Shown here piece by piece: positions 11,154 through 21,518 of a stretch of 64,000 nt of DNA. Below the pieces are notes generated by a model. The model saw nothing but the letters and a program-made list of their open reading frames with translations. It made no database searches and had not been told where the DNA came from. Source of the stretch: an uncultured Bacilli bacterium (GTDB taxonomy: Bacteria; Bacillota_I; Bacilli_A; RF39; UBA660); NCBI GenBank assembly GCA_947630105.1, contig CANRGD010000001.1:5749-69748 (forward strand), in the 5' to 3' direction. The number at the start of each line of letters is the position of its first letter. Within the stretch, counting starts at the first letter, position 1. A program made the translations under genes and the position numbers.

Positions 11154-11588
11154 TTATTTTACTTTTTTCTTTAAAAGATCTCTTATTTCTTCTAATAATA
11201 TAGCTTCATCACTTTTCTTAGGTTCTTCTTGTTTAACTTCTGCTTTTTTCTGAAATTTACTAAATAATCTTACCATAAAGAAAATACAAAATGAAATTAT
11301 AAGAAAATCAATAATAGACTGTATAAATGATCCATAAGCAATTTTAGCATCATAAAACTTTATACTTAAATTAGTAAAATCTAACCCTCCAAGAAAAACA
11401 CCTACAATTGGCATTAAAATATCATTTACTAAACTAGTAACAATTTTACCAAAAGCACTACCAGCTATAACACCAACAGCCATATCAACAACATTACCTC
11501 GAGAAATAAATTCTTTAAATGCCGTTGCTTCTCCTTTTAATTTTTTTAATTCTTCTTTACTTTTCTCTTTTAATTCTTTCTTTTTCAC
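11154..11588 (-). CDS. mscL: Large-conductance mechanosensitive channel
   Basis: 144 aa; FKEFISRGNVVDMAVGVIAGSAFGKIV. Confidence 0.85.
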   Translation of the reverse strand: MKKKELKEKSKEELKKLKGEATAFKEFISRGNVVDMAVGVIAGSAFGKIVTSLVNDILMPIVGVFLGGLDFTNLSIKFYDAKIAYGSFIQSIIDFLIISFCIFFMVRLFSKFQKKAEVKQEEPKKSDEAILLEEIRDLLKKKVK

Positions 11589-11668
11589 TTCTATTTCACT
11601 TCCTACTAACTATTATAAAAATAATTTTTTAAATTTCAAGAAAAAAATACTGATAAAATCAGTATTCT

Positions 11669-13639
11669 TTATACATCTAACTCTTTTAAAAGTTCAGCTT
11701 TGCTTTTTTTAGAATAGTTTTCGATACCTTTTTCTTTAGCAAGTTCTCTTAATTTAGTAATAGACATAGCCTCTAAATTATTTTCATCATCTTCAGGCAT
11801 CTTTCCATTTTCAACTAAATAATCAATTTGTTCTTTTGTTAAAGTTTCATATTCTAATAATGCATCAGCAATCAATTTTAATAAATCTTTATTTTTCTTA
11901 ATAATTTCTGTTGCTTTTTTATGACAATCATCAATAATCTTTCTCATTTCCATATCAATTTCATTTGCCACTTCATTAGAAAAATGTTGAGTTTTATTAT
12001 AATCTCTTCCAAGGAATACACTTCCAGCTTGTTGTTCAAATTGTAAAGGACCTAAATCACTCATACCATATTCAGTAACCATTGCTCGAGCAATTTTTGT
12101 AGCTTTTTCAAAATCGTTATGGGCACCTGTTGTTATTTCTCCAAAAGTTATCTCTTCTGCAGTTCTACCACCTAACAATCCTGTAATTTCTTCTAATAAA
12201 TCTGTCTTTGTAGAACACATTTTTTCCTCAGTAGGTACCATCATATTATAACCACCTGCTGAACCCCTAGGAATTATTGTAACTTTTTGAACATCACTAG
12301 CATTTTTTAATTTTAAGCCAATTACTGCATGTCCTGCTTCATGGTAAGCAACTAATCGACGATCATTTTCACTATATTTATGTGAAGTTTTTGCTGGTCC
12401 CATTAACACACGATCAGTAGCTTCATCTATTTCACTCATCGTAATTTCTTCTTTATCACGTCTTACAGCTAATAAGGCAGCTTCATTTAATAAATTTTCA
12501 AGATCGGCACCACTAAATCCAGGTGTACGACGAGCTAAATTTCCTAATGTAACACCTTTAGCTAAAATCTTATTTTTAGCATGAACCTCTAATATTTCTT
12601 CACGACCTTTTCTATCTGGTAAATTAACAGTTATTTGTCTATCAAATCTTCCAGGTCTTAATAAAGCAGGATCTAAAACATCAGGCCTATTAGTTGCAGC
12701 TATAATAATTATTCCTTCATTAACCCCAAAACCATCCATTTCTGTTAGTAATTGATTTAGTGTTTGCTCACGTTCATCATGTCCTCCACCTAAACCAGTT
12801 CCTCTTTGTCTTCCAACAGCATCTATTTCATCAATGAAAATTAAACATGGTGCATTTCTTTTTGCTTGTTGAAACATATCTCTAACACGGCTGGCTCCAA
12901 CACCAACAAACAATTCTACAAAATCTGAACCACTTATAAAATAAAATGGAACATCTGCTTCTCCAGCAACAGCCTTAGCTAATAAAGTTTTACCAGTTCC
13001 TGGAGGGCCAAATAATAAGACTCCTTTAGGTATTCTAGCTCCAAGTTTTTGAAATTTTTTTGGATTTTTTAAAAAATCTATTAATTCTTTAACTTCTTCT
13101 TTTTCTTCTTTTAAACCCGCAACATCTTTAAATGTAACCTTATTATTGTCACTACTTAAACGAGCCTTACTTTTTCCAAAGTCCATTGAACTCTTATTAC
13201 CTGCAAGTTGTCTATTAAAAAACCAAAATCCTAAAACTAAAATTAACAACAAAGGTAATATATTTACTAAAATATATAAAAATGAAGATGCATCAGGATC
13301 TGGAGTAGTAGTAAATTTAAAACTCTGAGTTTCACTAGCTTTAACAATCTTTTTCATAACCTCTTCACTTAAAGGAAGACGTGCAAAAAATGATTCATTA
13401 TCTTTATAACCTTTTAATTTACCTGTTGCTTCATAAGTATATGCATTACCTCTTGTAACAATTTCTAATTCTGTTATTTTTTCTTTATTTAATTTTTCAA
13501 TAAATTCATTATATGTTAAAACATTAATATCCTTATTTAAGACATTAAATACATAAATTATTCCTAGCATAATTATTGCTAAAAATAAATATGGTAAAAG
13601 ACCTTTTTTTATAGTTTTCTTATTTATGTTATTATTCAC
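11669..13639 (-). CDS. ftsH: ATP-dependent zinc metalloprotease FtsH
   Basis: 656 aa; AAA P-loop GPPGTGKT and HEAGH zinc motif. No hprT between tilS and ftsH. Confidence 0.95.
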   Translation of the reverse strand: MNNNINKKTIKKGLLPYLFLAIIMLGIIYVFNVLNKDINVLTYNEFIEKLNKEKITELEIVTRGNAYTYEATGKLKGYKDNESFFARLPLSEEVMKKIVKASETQSFKFTTTPDPDASSFLYILVNILPLLLILVLGFWFFNRQLAGNKSSMDFGKSKARLSSDNNKVTFKDVAGLKEEKEEVKELIDFLKNPKKFQKLGARIPKGVLLFGPPGTGKTLLAKAVAGEADVPFYFISGSDFVELFVGVGASRVRDMFQQAKRNAPCLIFIDEIDAVGRQRGTGLGGGHDEREQTLNQLLTEMDGFGVNEGIIIIAATNRPDVLDPALLRPGRFDRQITVNLPDRKGREEILEVHAKNKILAKGVTLGNLARRTPGFSGADLENLLNEAALLAVRRDKEEITMSEIDEATDRVLMGPAKTSHKYSENDRRLVAYHEAGHAVIGLKLKNASDVQKVTIIPRGSAGGYNMMVPTEEKMCSTKTDLLEEITGLLGGRTAEEITFGEITTGAHNDFEKATKIARAMVTEYGMSDLGPLQFEQQAGSVFLGRDYNKTQHFSNEVANEIDMEMRKIIDDCHKKATEIIKKNKDLLKLIADALLEYETLTKEQIDYLVENGKMPEDDENNLEAMSITKLRELAKEKGIENYSKKSKAELLKELDV

Positions 13640-13651
13640 TGAATTTCCTCC

Positions 13652-14965
13652 TTAAATATATTTCAATATTATATCATAACTATCATTCTTTTTTTTGTCA
13701 AATTTTGATTTTTTTAATCCTGGAATCCATACTATAACCCCTTTCGAATCAACAACTATGGGCCATATTTCCCTTTTATCTAAAGAAATTTTTTTATCAA
13801 TAAAAATATCTTTAACTTTTTTTGAACCATTTAAATTCTTTACTGCAATTCTATCTCCTATTTTTCTAGTTCTAATTATTAAAGGTAATGTTATATCTTT
13901 ACTATTTAATCTACATATATTATTACTGTTATCTTCACAAGTATTTACTTTTTCTATTTTATGATTATTTGGTAAAGTTACATAATTATCAAACTCTATT
14001 TCATAAGAAGTAATCTCCTCAGTTACCCTTTTTAATTCTAACATATTATATTTTTTACAAGCAATAACTTCATTAGGCAAATTAACAAAACAATTAGCCT
14101 TATTACTTTTTAATAAATTAAAAATTAAGTTTAAATGTCCATCATTAACTAAAATTAAATCATCTTGATAAAATTCACTTAATAAATAATAAATAATTTC
14201 TTTTTGAATATACTCATCTTCTAATAAAAACTTATCTATTAATATTTTTTGATTTTCACACACTCTTTTTAAAGCTTTATTTCTTTCCTTTATAATAAAT
14301 TTATCTGCTTCATTTAATGATTTACTATATTTCAAAAATTTTAAATGAACATCCCTTTCTTCTTTCTTTAAAAAGGGCAAAATATATTTTCGATAACGAT
14401 TTCTAGTATACTTATCTTTTTCATTAGAACTGTCAATATAATATTTAACATTATTTTCTTTATCATATTCTTCTAATTGTTTTTTAGTAAAACTTACTAA
14501 AGGTCTTACTATTTTATAATCACCCATATCAACGATATCTCTAAAACCACTATAGCCACTTAAATTTGAACCTCTTACAATTCTCATCAAAATTGTCTCC
14601 ATTAGATCATCTCCATGATGTGCTGTCATTAAATAATTAGCTCCATATTTATGAACGACCATTTCAAAGAAATTATATCTTATATTCCTAGCTTCATTAT
14701 GAAAATTATCATCTCCATATTTTTCTATAGTCATCGATTCAAAAATAAGTTTATGTTTTGTACAGTATTCTTTCATAAATAAACTTTCTTCATAGCTTTC
14801 TTTTCGAACATTATGATTAACATGGGCAACAATTAAAGATAAATTATATTTACTTTGTATTTTAATTAGCATATCCAATAAGGCCATAGAATCTGGTCCT
14901 GTAGAGCAACCAATTACAATTATATCATTATTATTAAAAGAAAAATAATCATCAATCTTAATCAT
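13652..14965 (-). CDS. tilS: tRNA(Ile)-lysidine synthetase
   Basis: 437 aa; PP-loop GCSTGPDS. Confidence 0.85.
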   Translation of the reverse strand: MIKIDDYFSFNNNDIIVIGCSTGPDSMALLDMLIKIQSKYNLSLIVAHVNHNVRKESYEESLFMKEYCTKHKLIFESMTIEKYGDDNFHNEARNIRYNFFEMVVHKYGANYLMTAHHGDDLMETILMRIVRGSNLSGYSGFRDIVDMGDYKIVRPLVSFTKKQLEEYDKENNVKYYIDSSNEKDKYTRNRYRKYILPFLKKEERDVHLKFLKYSKSLNEADKFIIKERNKALKRVCENQKILIDKFLLEDEYIQKEIIYYLLSEFYQDDLILVNDGHLNLIFNLLKSNKANCFVNLPNEVIACKKYNMLELKRVTEEITSYEIEFDNYVTLPNNHKIEKVNTCEDNSNNICRLNSKDITLPLIIRTRKIGDRIAVKNLNGSKKVKDIFIDKKISLDKREIWPIVVDSKGVIVWIPGLKKSKFDKKKNDSYDIILKYI

Positions 14966-15053
14966 AGTGCCTCCTGTACAACTAACATTTATTATAACAA
15001 AACCCTTAATTTTAGTAAACTTTTTTAAAAAATTTAAATAAAAAAAAAGAAAG

Positions 15054-15362
15054 CTAATCTTCTTCAGGTATTTTTAAAATAAATTCTCCATCTTTTGAAT
15101 ATAAATACTTTTCACGAGCATAGCGAGCAATATAATCAGGATCCTGAAGTTTATCAGCATCAACCTTTAATTTATCCTCTTCTTCTTTTAAAGCTATCAA
15201 CTTTTTATCTAGTTGCTTTTTTTCTTGGTATTTATCATAAATCTCTATCCAATATTTTCCAATAGTAAGTGTCATAATTAATATAATGGCTATTGACCCA
15301 AGTCCTAAAATAAGCATTCTTCTTTTTTTCTTAATTTTACTTTTTTTAGCCATTTTCTTCAC
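15054..15362 (-). CDS. divIC: Septum formation initiator DivIC/FtsB
   Basis: 102 aa; single TM segment, coiled coil, DPDYIARYAREK motif. Lies in the yabP-yabQ-divIC context. Confidence 0.7.
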   Translation of the reverse strand: MKKMAKKSKIKKKRRMLILGLGSIAIILIMTLTIGKYWIEIYDKYQEKKQLDKKLIALKEEEDKLKVDADKLQDPDYIARYAREKYLYSKDGEFILKIPEED

Positions 15363-15423
15363 CTACCATTCCACCATATATTGTACATCTAAAATCTTTA
15401 AACTTCAATAAATTAAAAGCACT

Positions 15424-15696
15424 TTACTTTTTTTTGACATTAAAAATTTTATCTTCAACTATCCACCCAATAAAAATTAAAAATAAGAAATGAGGATGTA
15501 AAATTCCATTATTTATATATTTTATACTAAAAAAGTATATTAAAGCCATAATAAAAAAAAAGAAAAAATTAAAAAGTATTCTTTTACGCATACTTATAAG
15601 AAACAAAAACTTATAACATAATTTTACAAAAATGCCAAAAAAAACACCAAAAAAGAAAGAAAAAATAATACTATATATCTGTAATCTTAAACTCAT
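15424..15696 (-). CDS. yabQ: Spore cortex biosynthesis membrane protein YabQ
   Basis: 90 aa hydrophobic protein immediately downstream of yabP, as in B. subtilis. Confidence 0.5.
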   Translation of the reverse strand: MSLRLQIYSIIFSFFFGVFFGIFVKLCYKFLFLISMRKRILFNFFFFFIMALIYFFSIKYINNGILHPHFLFLIFIGWIVEDKIFNVKKK

Positions 15697-15989
15697 TATT
15701 TAAATAACCGACTAATTATACTTTCTTCTTTATTTTTTTTGCCATTTTCTTCAACATAATTAATTGAATTAATTAATCCTTTAATCGTAACATGACCTTG
15801 TAAAGTATCAAGTTTAACTAATTCTAATCCTTCTCCTTTAATTATTTGATATCCCATAATAGTTTCTAAAATAAATTGTGAATTATCAAAATTTTCTATT
15901 TTTTTTACTCCTGTTATAACTAAGTTCTTTCTTTCTAATAAACTAATACTATGATTATAATTATTTATACTATTCTCTTGTTTATCCAT
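15696..15989 (-). CDS. yabP: Sporulation protein YabP
   Basis: 97 aa YabP-family beta-barrel protein; conserved synteny with yabQ and divIC. Confidence 0.7.
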   Translation of the reverse strand: MDKQENSINNYNHSISLLERKNLVITGVKKIENFDNSQFILETIMGYQIIKGEGLELVKLDTLQGHVTIKGLINSINYVEENGKKNKEESIISRLFK

Positions 15990-16056
15990 ATTATCCTCCC
16001 ACTAAATAATATGCACGACAAAAGATAATTATTCAAAAAAAAAGATGCCCTAGCAT

Positions 16057-16338
16057 CTATTCTTCATCTTCTTTTGATACATCTTCTGCGTTCTTATAAG
16101 CATCTAAAATAGCTTCTTCAAACATAGAACGTACTTCTGGATTAATTGGATGAGCAATATCACGATATCCACCTGTAGCAGTCTTTCGGCTAGGCATTGC
16201 TATAAATAGACCGTTGTCTCCTTCAATAATACGAATATCATGTACAGCAAAACTGTCATCAAGTAATACTGATGCAATTCCCTTCATACGAGATCCTTCT
16301 TTTTCAATTTTACGTACATTTACTGATGTAATTTTCAT
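16057..16338 (-). CDS. spoVG: Septation protein SpoVG
   Basis: 93 aa; [12 protein letters not shown]...[19 protein letters not shown]. Confidence 0.9.
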   Translation of the reverse strand: MKITSVNVRKIEKEGSRMKGIASVLLDDSFAVHDIRIIEGDNGLFIAMPSRKTATGGYRDIAHPINPEVRSMFEEAILDAYKNAEDVSKEDEE

Positions 16339-16429
16339 AAGAATTTTCCTCCCTCATAAAGTATCTAGTACTTTATAACTCCATTCTATAATAATTTATT
16401 AGAAATTGCAACAAATTTTTTAAGAAGTA

Positions 16430-16642
16430 TTAATCAAGAATTTCTAAATTATCAATAAGTAAATCACTATAACTAAATGATCTAATTTTAGAATCATTCA
16501 AAGTTATTACAAAAATAGCCGGATAAACACCTGTAATTGTTCCTTCAAACTCTTCAGTTTGATTTCTGCTCCCTTTAAATCTAAAGCTATGTTCTACTCC
16601 CTTATTATCCGAAACATACTTTTTTACCATACTTATTGTCAT
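16430..16642 (-). CDS. veg: Veg protein
   Basis: 70 aa Veg/DUF1021 pattern; adjacent to yabG as in Bacillus. Confidence 0.75.
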   Translation of the reverse strand: MTISMVKKYVSDNKGVEHSFRFKGSRNQTEEFEGTITGVYPAIFVITLNDSKIRSFSYSDLLIDNLEILD

Positions 16643-17160
16643 CTTGGATACCCCACATACATAGTACCATTAGTTATAATTCCACCTATCCCATCACTAC
16701 CATATTTTGTTTTTTCAATTAAACTAATTAAATCAATACTTTGATTTCTATCCGATAAAGCTAATGAGGAAGCTATAATAGCTGGATCTAAAGCATGAAT
16801 ATTAATTCTTTTAGGACTAGAAGCAAAATTAGCTCCTGCTTTAATTAATTCTTCATAATTAGATTGACATGCCCCTGCTATAACAATTAATTTATCTTGA
16901 CTCTTTTCATATTTTCTTATCTCTCTAATAGCCGCAATAAAATTACTAGTATTTTGGTAATTATCCAAATTATTTTTGTCTTTTTTCTTTGAATAAAAAG
17001 CATCATGTCCAGTAATTACTACTATATCAGGACGATATTCTTTTATAAGACCTAACACTTTATTTGACATTTCTACCTCAGCCAAAGTAAGACCATTAGC
17101 TTTAACACCCATACTATCATAAAAACTCATACATCTTTCTAAATATTCTTCATCTCCATC
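16639..17160 (-). CDS. yabG: Sporulation-specific protease YabG, 3' segment (residues after the conserved H-I-D junction). The caller's ORF continues to 17373 by reading through into element DNA
   Basis: The segment DGDEEYLERC...RPDIVVITGHDAF...IVIAGACQSNYEELIKAGANFASSPKRINIHALDP aligns with the C-terminal two-thirds of B. subtilis YabG. The upstream 71 residues of the called ORF have no YabG similarity. Confidence 0.8.
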   Translation of the reverse strand, partial: DGDEEYLERCMSFYDSMGVKANGLTLAEVEMSNKVLGLIKEYRPDIVVITGHDAFYSKKKDKNNLDNYQNTSNFIAAIREIRKYEKSQDKLIVIAGACQSNYEELIKAGANFASSPKRINIHALDPAIIASSLALSDRNQSIDLISLIEKTKYGSDGIGGIITNGTMYVGYPR

Positions 17161-17459
17161 TGCTGACCTTTGATAAGTAAATACGTGTGTTTTAAATAAA
17201 GGCAACTCTTTGCCATCATGTAGATTTAAGTAATTTTTCGGTCTCTCATATAACTTCTTTACTTTTTCATTTATCAACCTTTTTATTGCTTTTCTTTTAT
17301 CCTGTTCTTTTATTTCAGGTTCCTGCGATAACCTTAAATACAGAATAACCTTAGAGTCATTTGTTAGTTCCATAATTTACCTCCCTTTCTAACCTTTTAT
17401 ATATGCGACTTCTTGTGCCACTCTAATATATGATGCATTTTCTCTAATCATACATTCTC

Positions 17460-19022
17460 TTAATACAATTTTATTTTTTTAGGATCTCCTAATCCAAATT
17501 TATATGATATTTTTAATGTATTATCACTATAAACTACAATTTCTTTTATCAAATCTCTAACAACATTATTGATAAATTCATCATGATTTATAAATTTATT
17601 ATATTTATCAATCAATTCTTCTTTTCGTACTTTTTCATTTTTTGACTCCATTATTTCTTTTAGCATTTGCTCGGATTGTTCTTTTTGTTTTACTTCTTCC
17701 TCTTTTCGTTCAATGAACTCATTTAAAGTTATTTCTCCTGTAGTCTTTTTTAAATACAGATTTCTAATATTAGCATTATGAAATTCAATATCTTCCTTTA
17801 AATTAGATATTTTCAAATTGGGTCTTTCACTTTTTAATATATCCTTGGTTGCTTTAGAAACAATCTTTTCTTCATCAACATAATTATCGATGATATCCTT
17901 CAAATTTTCTTTAATTATTGTTCTTAATCGAGAATCTGCTATTTTTCTGTTTTTACACCGTTTTCTATCAACAACTTTCGTACATTCAAAGTAGTATTGT
18001 ACTTTTCTGTCTTTTTTTTGAACTCTACACGCTGTCATTATCCTTCCGCAAGTACCACAAATAACTAAACCACTGAATAAACCACAATAGTCATTTTTTT
18101 CCCTTCTTTTCGTTTGCCTTAATCTACTATTAGCAGCTTCAAATAGCTCATCAGATATAATAATCGGATGACAATTCTCTATTGCTTCTCTATCTCTTAT
18201 AGGTATTACTTGTCTTTGCTTTTGATGATAATCTTGCTTACTTGATTTTCTTTTAACAATTCTTCCCGTATAAGTTTTATTTTTGAGTATTCTATAAACA
18301 ACCTTGTTAGACCAATCATAGTAATATTTTTTATTTTTGCTTGGTGTCATTTTCATATGAATAACAGGTGGTATAACTTTATCCTTATTAAGCTCATCTG
18401 CTACTTCCTGCCTAGTCTTACCACTTGCTACTTCAGTAAAAATCCTTTTTACTACTTTAGCAGCATCTTCATCAATTTCAAGAAACCTTTTATCTTTAAT
18501 TTTCTTAATTTTATATCCATAAGGTGCCATAAATCCAATAAACTGTCCTTCTTCTGTTTTTGCCATTGCTACCTGTTTTCTTTTTACGGATGCCTCTTTA
18601 ACATATCGGTCGTTAATTAAAGAACGTATACCTAACATTACCTCTTGTTCATTATCTTGAGGATTATTACTATCAAAGCAATCATTGATAGCAATATATC
18701 TAACATTATTTTTAGGAAAGTATTCGCTTATATAATATGCAGTTTCTAAAAAGTTTCTTCCTAATCTGGACATATCTTTTGTTATAACTATGCCAATTAA
18801 ACCATTTTCAATATCTTCTTTTAATCTTTCAAATCCAGGTCGATCAAAAGTTATTCCCGAATACCCATCATCAATATATTCTCTATCTACTGTCAAACCC
18901 ATACTTTTAGCATAAGATTTTATAAAACCTAATTGATTATATATGCTAGATGAATATTCACTTTCTTTAACAAAATCTTCTTGAGATAATCGCCCATAGG
19001 AAACAGTTAATCGATTATCCAT
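17460..19022 (-). CDS. Large serine recombinase (resolvase catalytic domain, recombinase domain, zinc ribbon), second of a tandem pair
   Basis: YGRLSQED catalytic-serine motif, DDGYSG, VITKDMSRLGRN, and a C-terminal Cys cluster. The likely start is the ATG at 19022, preceded by a GAGGT RBS, which overlaps the upstream recombinase stop by 8 nt. Confidence 0.85.
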   Translation of the reverse strand: MDNRLTVSYGRLSQEDFVKESEYSSSIYNQLGFIKSYAKSMGLTVDREYIDDGYSGITFDRPGFERLKEDIENGLIGIVITKDMSRLGRNFLETAYYISEYFPKNNVRYIAINDCFDSNNPQDNEQEVMLGIRSLINDRYVKEASVKRKQVAMAKTEEGQFIGFMAPYGYKIKKIKDKRFLEIDEDAAKVVKRIFTEVASGKTRQEVADELNKDKVIPPVIHMKMTPSKNKKYYYDWSNKVVYRILKNKTYTGRIVKRKSSKQDYHQKQRQVIPIRDREAIENCHPIIISDELFEAANSRLRQTKRREKNDYCGLFSGLVICGTCGRIMTACRVQKKDRKVQYYFECTKVVDRKRCKNRKIADSRLRTIIKENLKDIIDNYVDEEKIVSKATKDILKSERPNLKISNLKEDIEFHNANIRNLYLKKTTGEITLNEFIERKEEEVKQKEQSEQMLKEIMESKNEKVRKEELIDKYNKFINHDEFINNVVRDLIKEIVVYSDNTLKISYKFGLGDPKKIKLY

Positions 19023-20604
19023 ATTTAACCTCATTCAAATTAAAATTAAAGAAAATTTTAACTGACTTATCTTCATGTATTTCTATTCTATTAACAAATG
19101 TCCTTAAGACTTCCTTATCGGGATTCTTTGCATTTAAAAATTCATTGATGTATTTCCTTTTCGTTTTTTCATCTGTTAGAATATTTTTGGCTTCACTTAC
19201 TGATATTTCTAAATCTACTATTTTTTCTGCACAATTTTTTCTATCTTTCTCTAGGTCACTTTTTATTCCAAAAAATTCCTCATTAGAAATAATATTATTT
19301 GCTCTATCCTTATATAAATCACTAATAACCTTATCAATAGTTATCATTTTTGATTTATATTCTTTTAAATTAGCTTCATATTCGCTTAAAACATTCAAAT
19401 CACATAATGATGTTTCATATTTTTTTTCTAAAGATTCATTATTAGAATATTTGATTAAGATAGTTCTAATTTCCTTTAAAACAAGTTCATTCAGATCTTC
19501 CTCTCTATAATAATGCATTGTACATACGTGATTACGATATGTTGCATAAGTTCTGCACAGATATATAGGAGTAATTTTTGTAGAGTCGTTCTTTCCTTTT
19601 ACTCGTCGTACTAACATAGTCTTACCACATTCGCCACAAACAACTAATCCTTTTAACAAGTAATCATATTGTCTATGACGTGTATCAGTCTTTCTTTTAG
19701 GAGTATTAACCTTTTCAAAAAGTTCAGTAGAAACAATTTGAGGTAATGCTCCTTTTTTTATTATCCACTTACTTTTTGGTAGTAGTCTTTTCTTTTTTGA
19801 CTTCAAGCTCACCCTTTCATATTTTCCTTGAATCAAAGTTCCTATATATACTTCATTTTCTAATATATGTTTAACAGAAGATGCCTTCCATATATTCGTA
19901 GTCACCGTGACTTTTTTCATTTTTTTACCTCTATAAACGTCAGGAGGACTAATCCCATCGTTTGTTAAAATTCTTGCTATCATCCCTTCCGATTTTCCAC
20001 TATCTTTTAATTCAAAGATTTTTTTAACTATTGGTGCAGCATACTCATCAATAACAAGTAGCTTATTATTTTCCTCTGATCTTTTATAACCAAAAGGAAC
20101 AGAACTACCTACAAATTCTCCTTTTTTCATCATATCGTGTCTAACACTTTTAATTTTTTTTGATATATCTTTTATATACATATCATTGATAACTGCCTTA
20201 AAAGGAATTATATCTTCTACCCCATTAGGAGTTAAAGAATCATAATTATCCAATATAGCAATATATCTAACATTATGTTCTGGAAAATATTTAAACACAT
20301 AATTACCAGTCTCTATAAACTCTCTACCTAATCTAGACATATCCTTTGTAATGACGCAATCAATTACTCCGTTTTCAATGTCATTTATTAGTCGACGAAA
20401 TGCAGGTCTATCAAAATTTCCACCAGAGTATCCATCATCAACATAGTAATCATATATTTCAATATTGTTTTTCAAAGCAAAATCTTTTATAAAGGCTCTT
20501 TGATTTTTGATACTTATACTTTCGTTATTTTTATTGTCATCTTCTATCGAAAGCCTTAAATAACCTCCTGCTTTGTATGTTTTATCAGTTAAGTAATTTA
20601 TCAT
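19015..20604 (-). CDS. Large serine recombinase, first of a tandem pair
   Basis: YLRLSIED, DDGYSGG, VITKDMSRLGRE, CGECG...C zinc ribbon. The start at 20604 is preferred because of its GGGAGGG RBS; the caller's ORF extends to 20637. Confidence 0.85.
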   Translation of the reverse strand: MINYLTDKTYKAGGYLRLSIEDDNKNNESISIKNQRAFIKDFALKNNIEIYDYYVDDGYSGGNFDRPAFRRLINDIENGVIDCVITKDMSRLGREFIETGNYVFKYFPEHNVRYIAILDNYDSLTPNGVEDIIPFKAVINDMYIKDISKKIKSVRHDMMKKGEFVGSSVPFGYKRSEENNKLLVIDEYAAPIVKKIFELKDSGKSEGMIARILTNDGISPPDVYRGKKMKKVTVTTNIWKASSVKHILENEVYIGTLIQGKYERVSLKSKKKRLLPKSKWIIKKGALPQIVSTELFEKVNTPKRKTDTRHRQYDYLLKGLVVCGECGKTMLVRRVKGKNDSTKITPIYLCRTYATYRNHVCTMHYYREEDLNELVLKEIRTILIKYSNNESLEKKYETSLCDLNVLSEYEANLKEYKSKMITIDKVISDLYKDRANNIISNEEFFGIKSDLEKDRKNCAEKIVDLEISVSEAKNILTDEKTKRKYINEFLNAKNPDKEVLRTFVNRIEIHEDKSVKIFFNFNLNEVKYG

Positions 20605-20687
20605 TTTCACCCTCCCTTTATTCCTAACTAACTCCACATAACACAGTCATTATAAATTACTTATCAATTTATTCCCAATGTGCAAAT

Positions 20688-20813
20688 TTATTGATATTTT
20701 GTATTTTGCAGTGTTGACTTCAAATATCTTTCAAATGCCTCTAAAATTTTTTCACTAATTGTTGGAGCATTTTCATCAAAAACACATATAACTAATTCCT
20801 TGCCTTTATCCAT
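20688..20813 (-). CDS. Small 41-aa ORF (MDKGKELVICVFDENAPTISEKILEAFERYLKSTLQNTKYQ) with a strong RBS, just upstream of the recombinase pair
   Basis: AGAGGAGG Shine-Dalgarno 7 nt upstream of the ATG. Not in the supplied ORF track because it is too short. Confidence 0.3.
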   Translation of the reverse strand: MDKGKELVICVFDENAPTISEKILEAFERYLKSTLQNTKYQ

Positions 20814-21031
20814 GGTATTCCTCCTCTTTAAATTTATGAATATTTTCTTAATTAATGAACAAAAAATTCCTTAATATTTTACATAAGTTAAATTTTTTAC
20901 CATTGATTTAAAATGTTATAGTAAAATAAATATTGAAAACAAAAAAGCAAACTCACCTTTATAGAATTTGCTCATTTACTCATTTCCTATTTCTTTTCAA
21001 TAATATCGTATGTAAATTAAATACTATATAA

Positions 21032-21490
21032 TTATTTTAAATTATAACCTAACTTTTCTAATTCCATATTTGCAATATATGATAATTCTTCTTTTGAAAG
21101 TTCATCAATTTCATAAAAATCAGCACCAAGTGAATCATCATTTTGATCATCAATCTTAACATTTCTTTTTATTTGTCCATCATATTCTAACACTTTGTAA
21201 AAAACACCAACATGGTGACCTTTTATTATAACATCTTTATAAGGCCATTCAAAAGTAACCGAATCAGCATCAAATAATTCATGCTTTTTTACTTCTATAC
21301 CAACTTCTTCTACTAACTCTCTTTTTAGTGTATCTTCTGGTCTTTCACAAAATTCAATCGTACCACCAGGCAAATCTAACTTTCCATCATATGGACCACC
21401 AGATTTTTTTATCAATAAAATCTTACCTTCATTTACTATTAAAGCATAAGCTCCCAATTGTTTGTATTCTTTATATTTCTCCACCTTCAT
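21032..21490 (-). CDS. NUDIX hydrolase (element cargo)
   Basis: 152 aa; Nudix box GGTIEFCERPEDTLKRELVEEVGIEV. Confidence 0.8.
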   Translation of the reverse strand: MKVEKYKEYKQLGAYALIVNEGKILLIKKSGGPYDGKLDLPGGTIEFCERPEDTLKRELVEEVGIEVKKHELFDADSVTFEWPYKDVIIKGHHVGVFYKVLEYDGQIKRNVKIDDQNDDSLGADFYEIDELSKEELSYIANMELEKLGYNLK

Positions 21491-21518
21491 CGCTCCTATT
21501 TAGCATCATTATATCATA

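Noticed and set aside
13146-13964. Plus-strand ORFs of 60 and 89 aa
   Set aside because: They are antisense within ftsH and tilS respectively, with no coding signal.
17161-17373. First 71 residues of the 244-aa ORF called at 16639..17373
   Set aside because: They have no YabG similarity and result from read-through from element DNA into the yabG 3' segment. The biologically meaningful reading frame begins at the junction.
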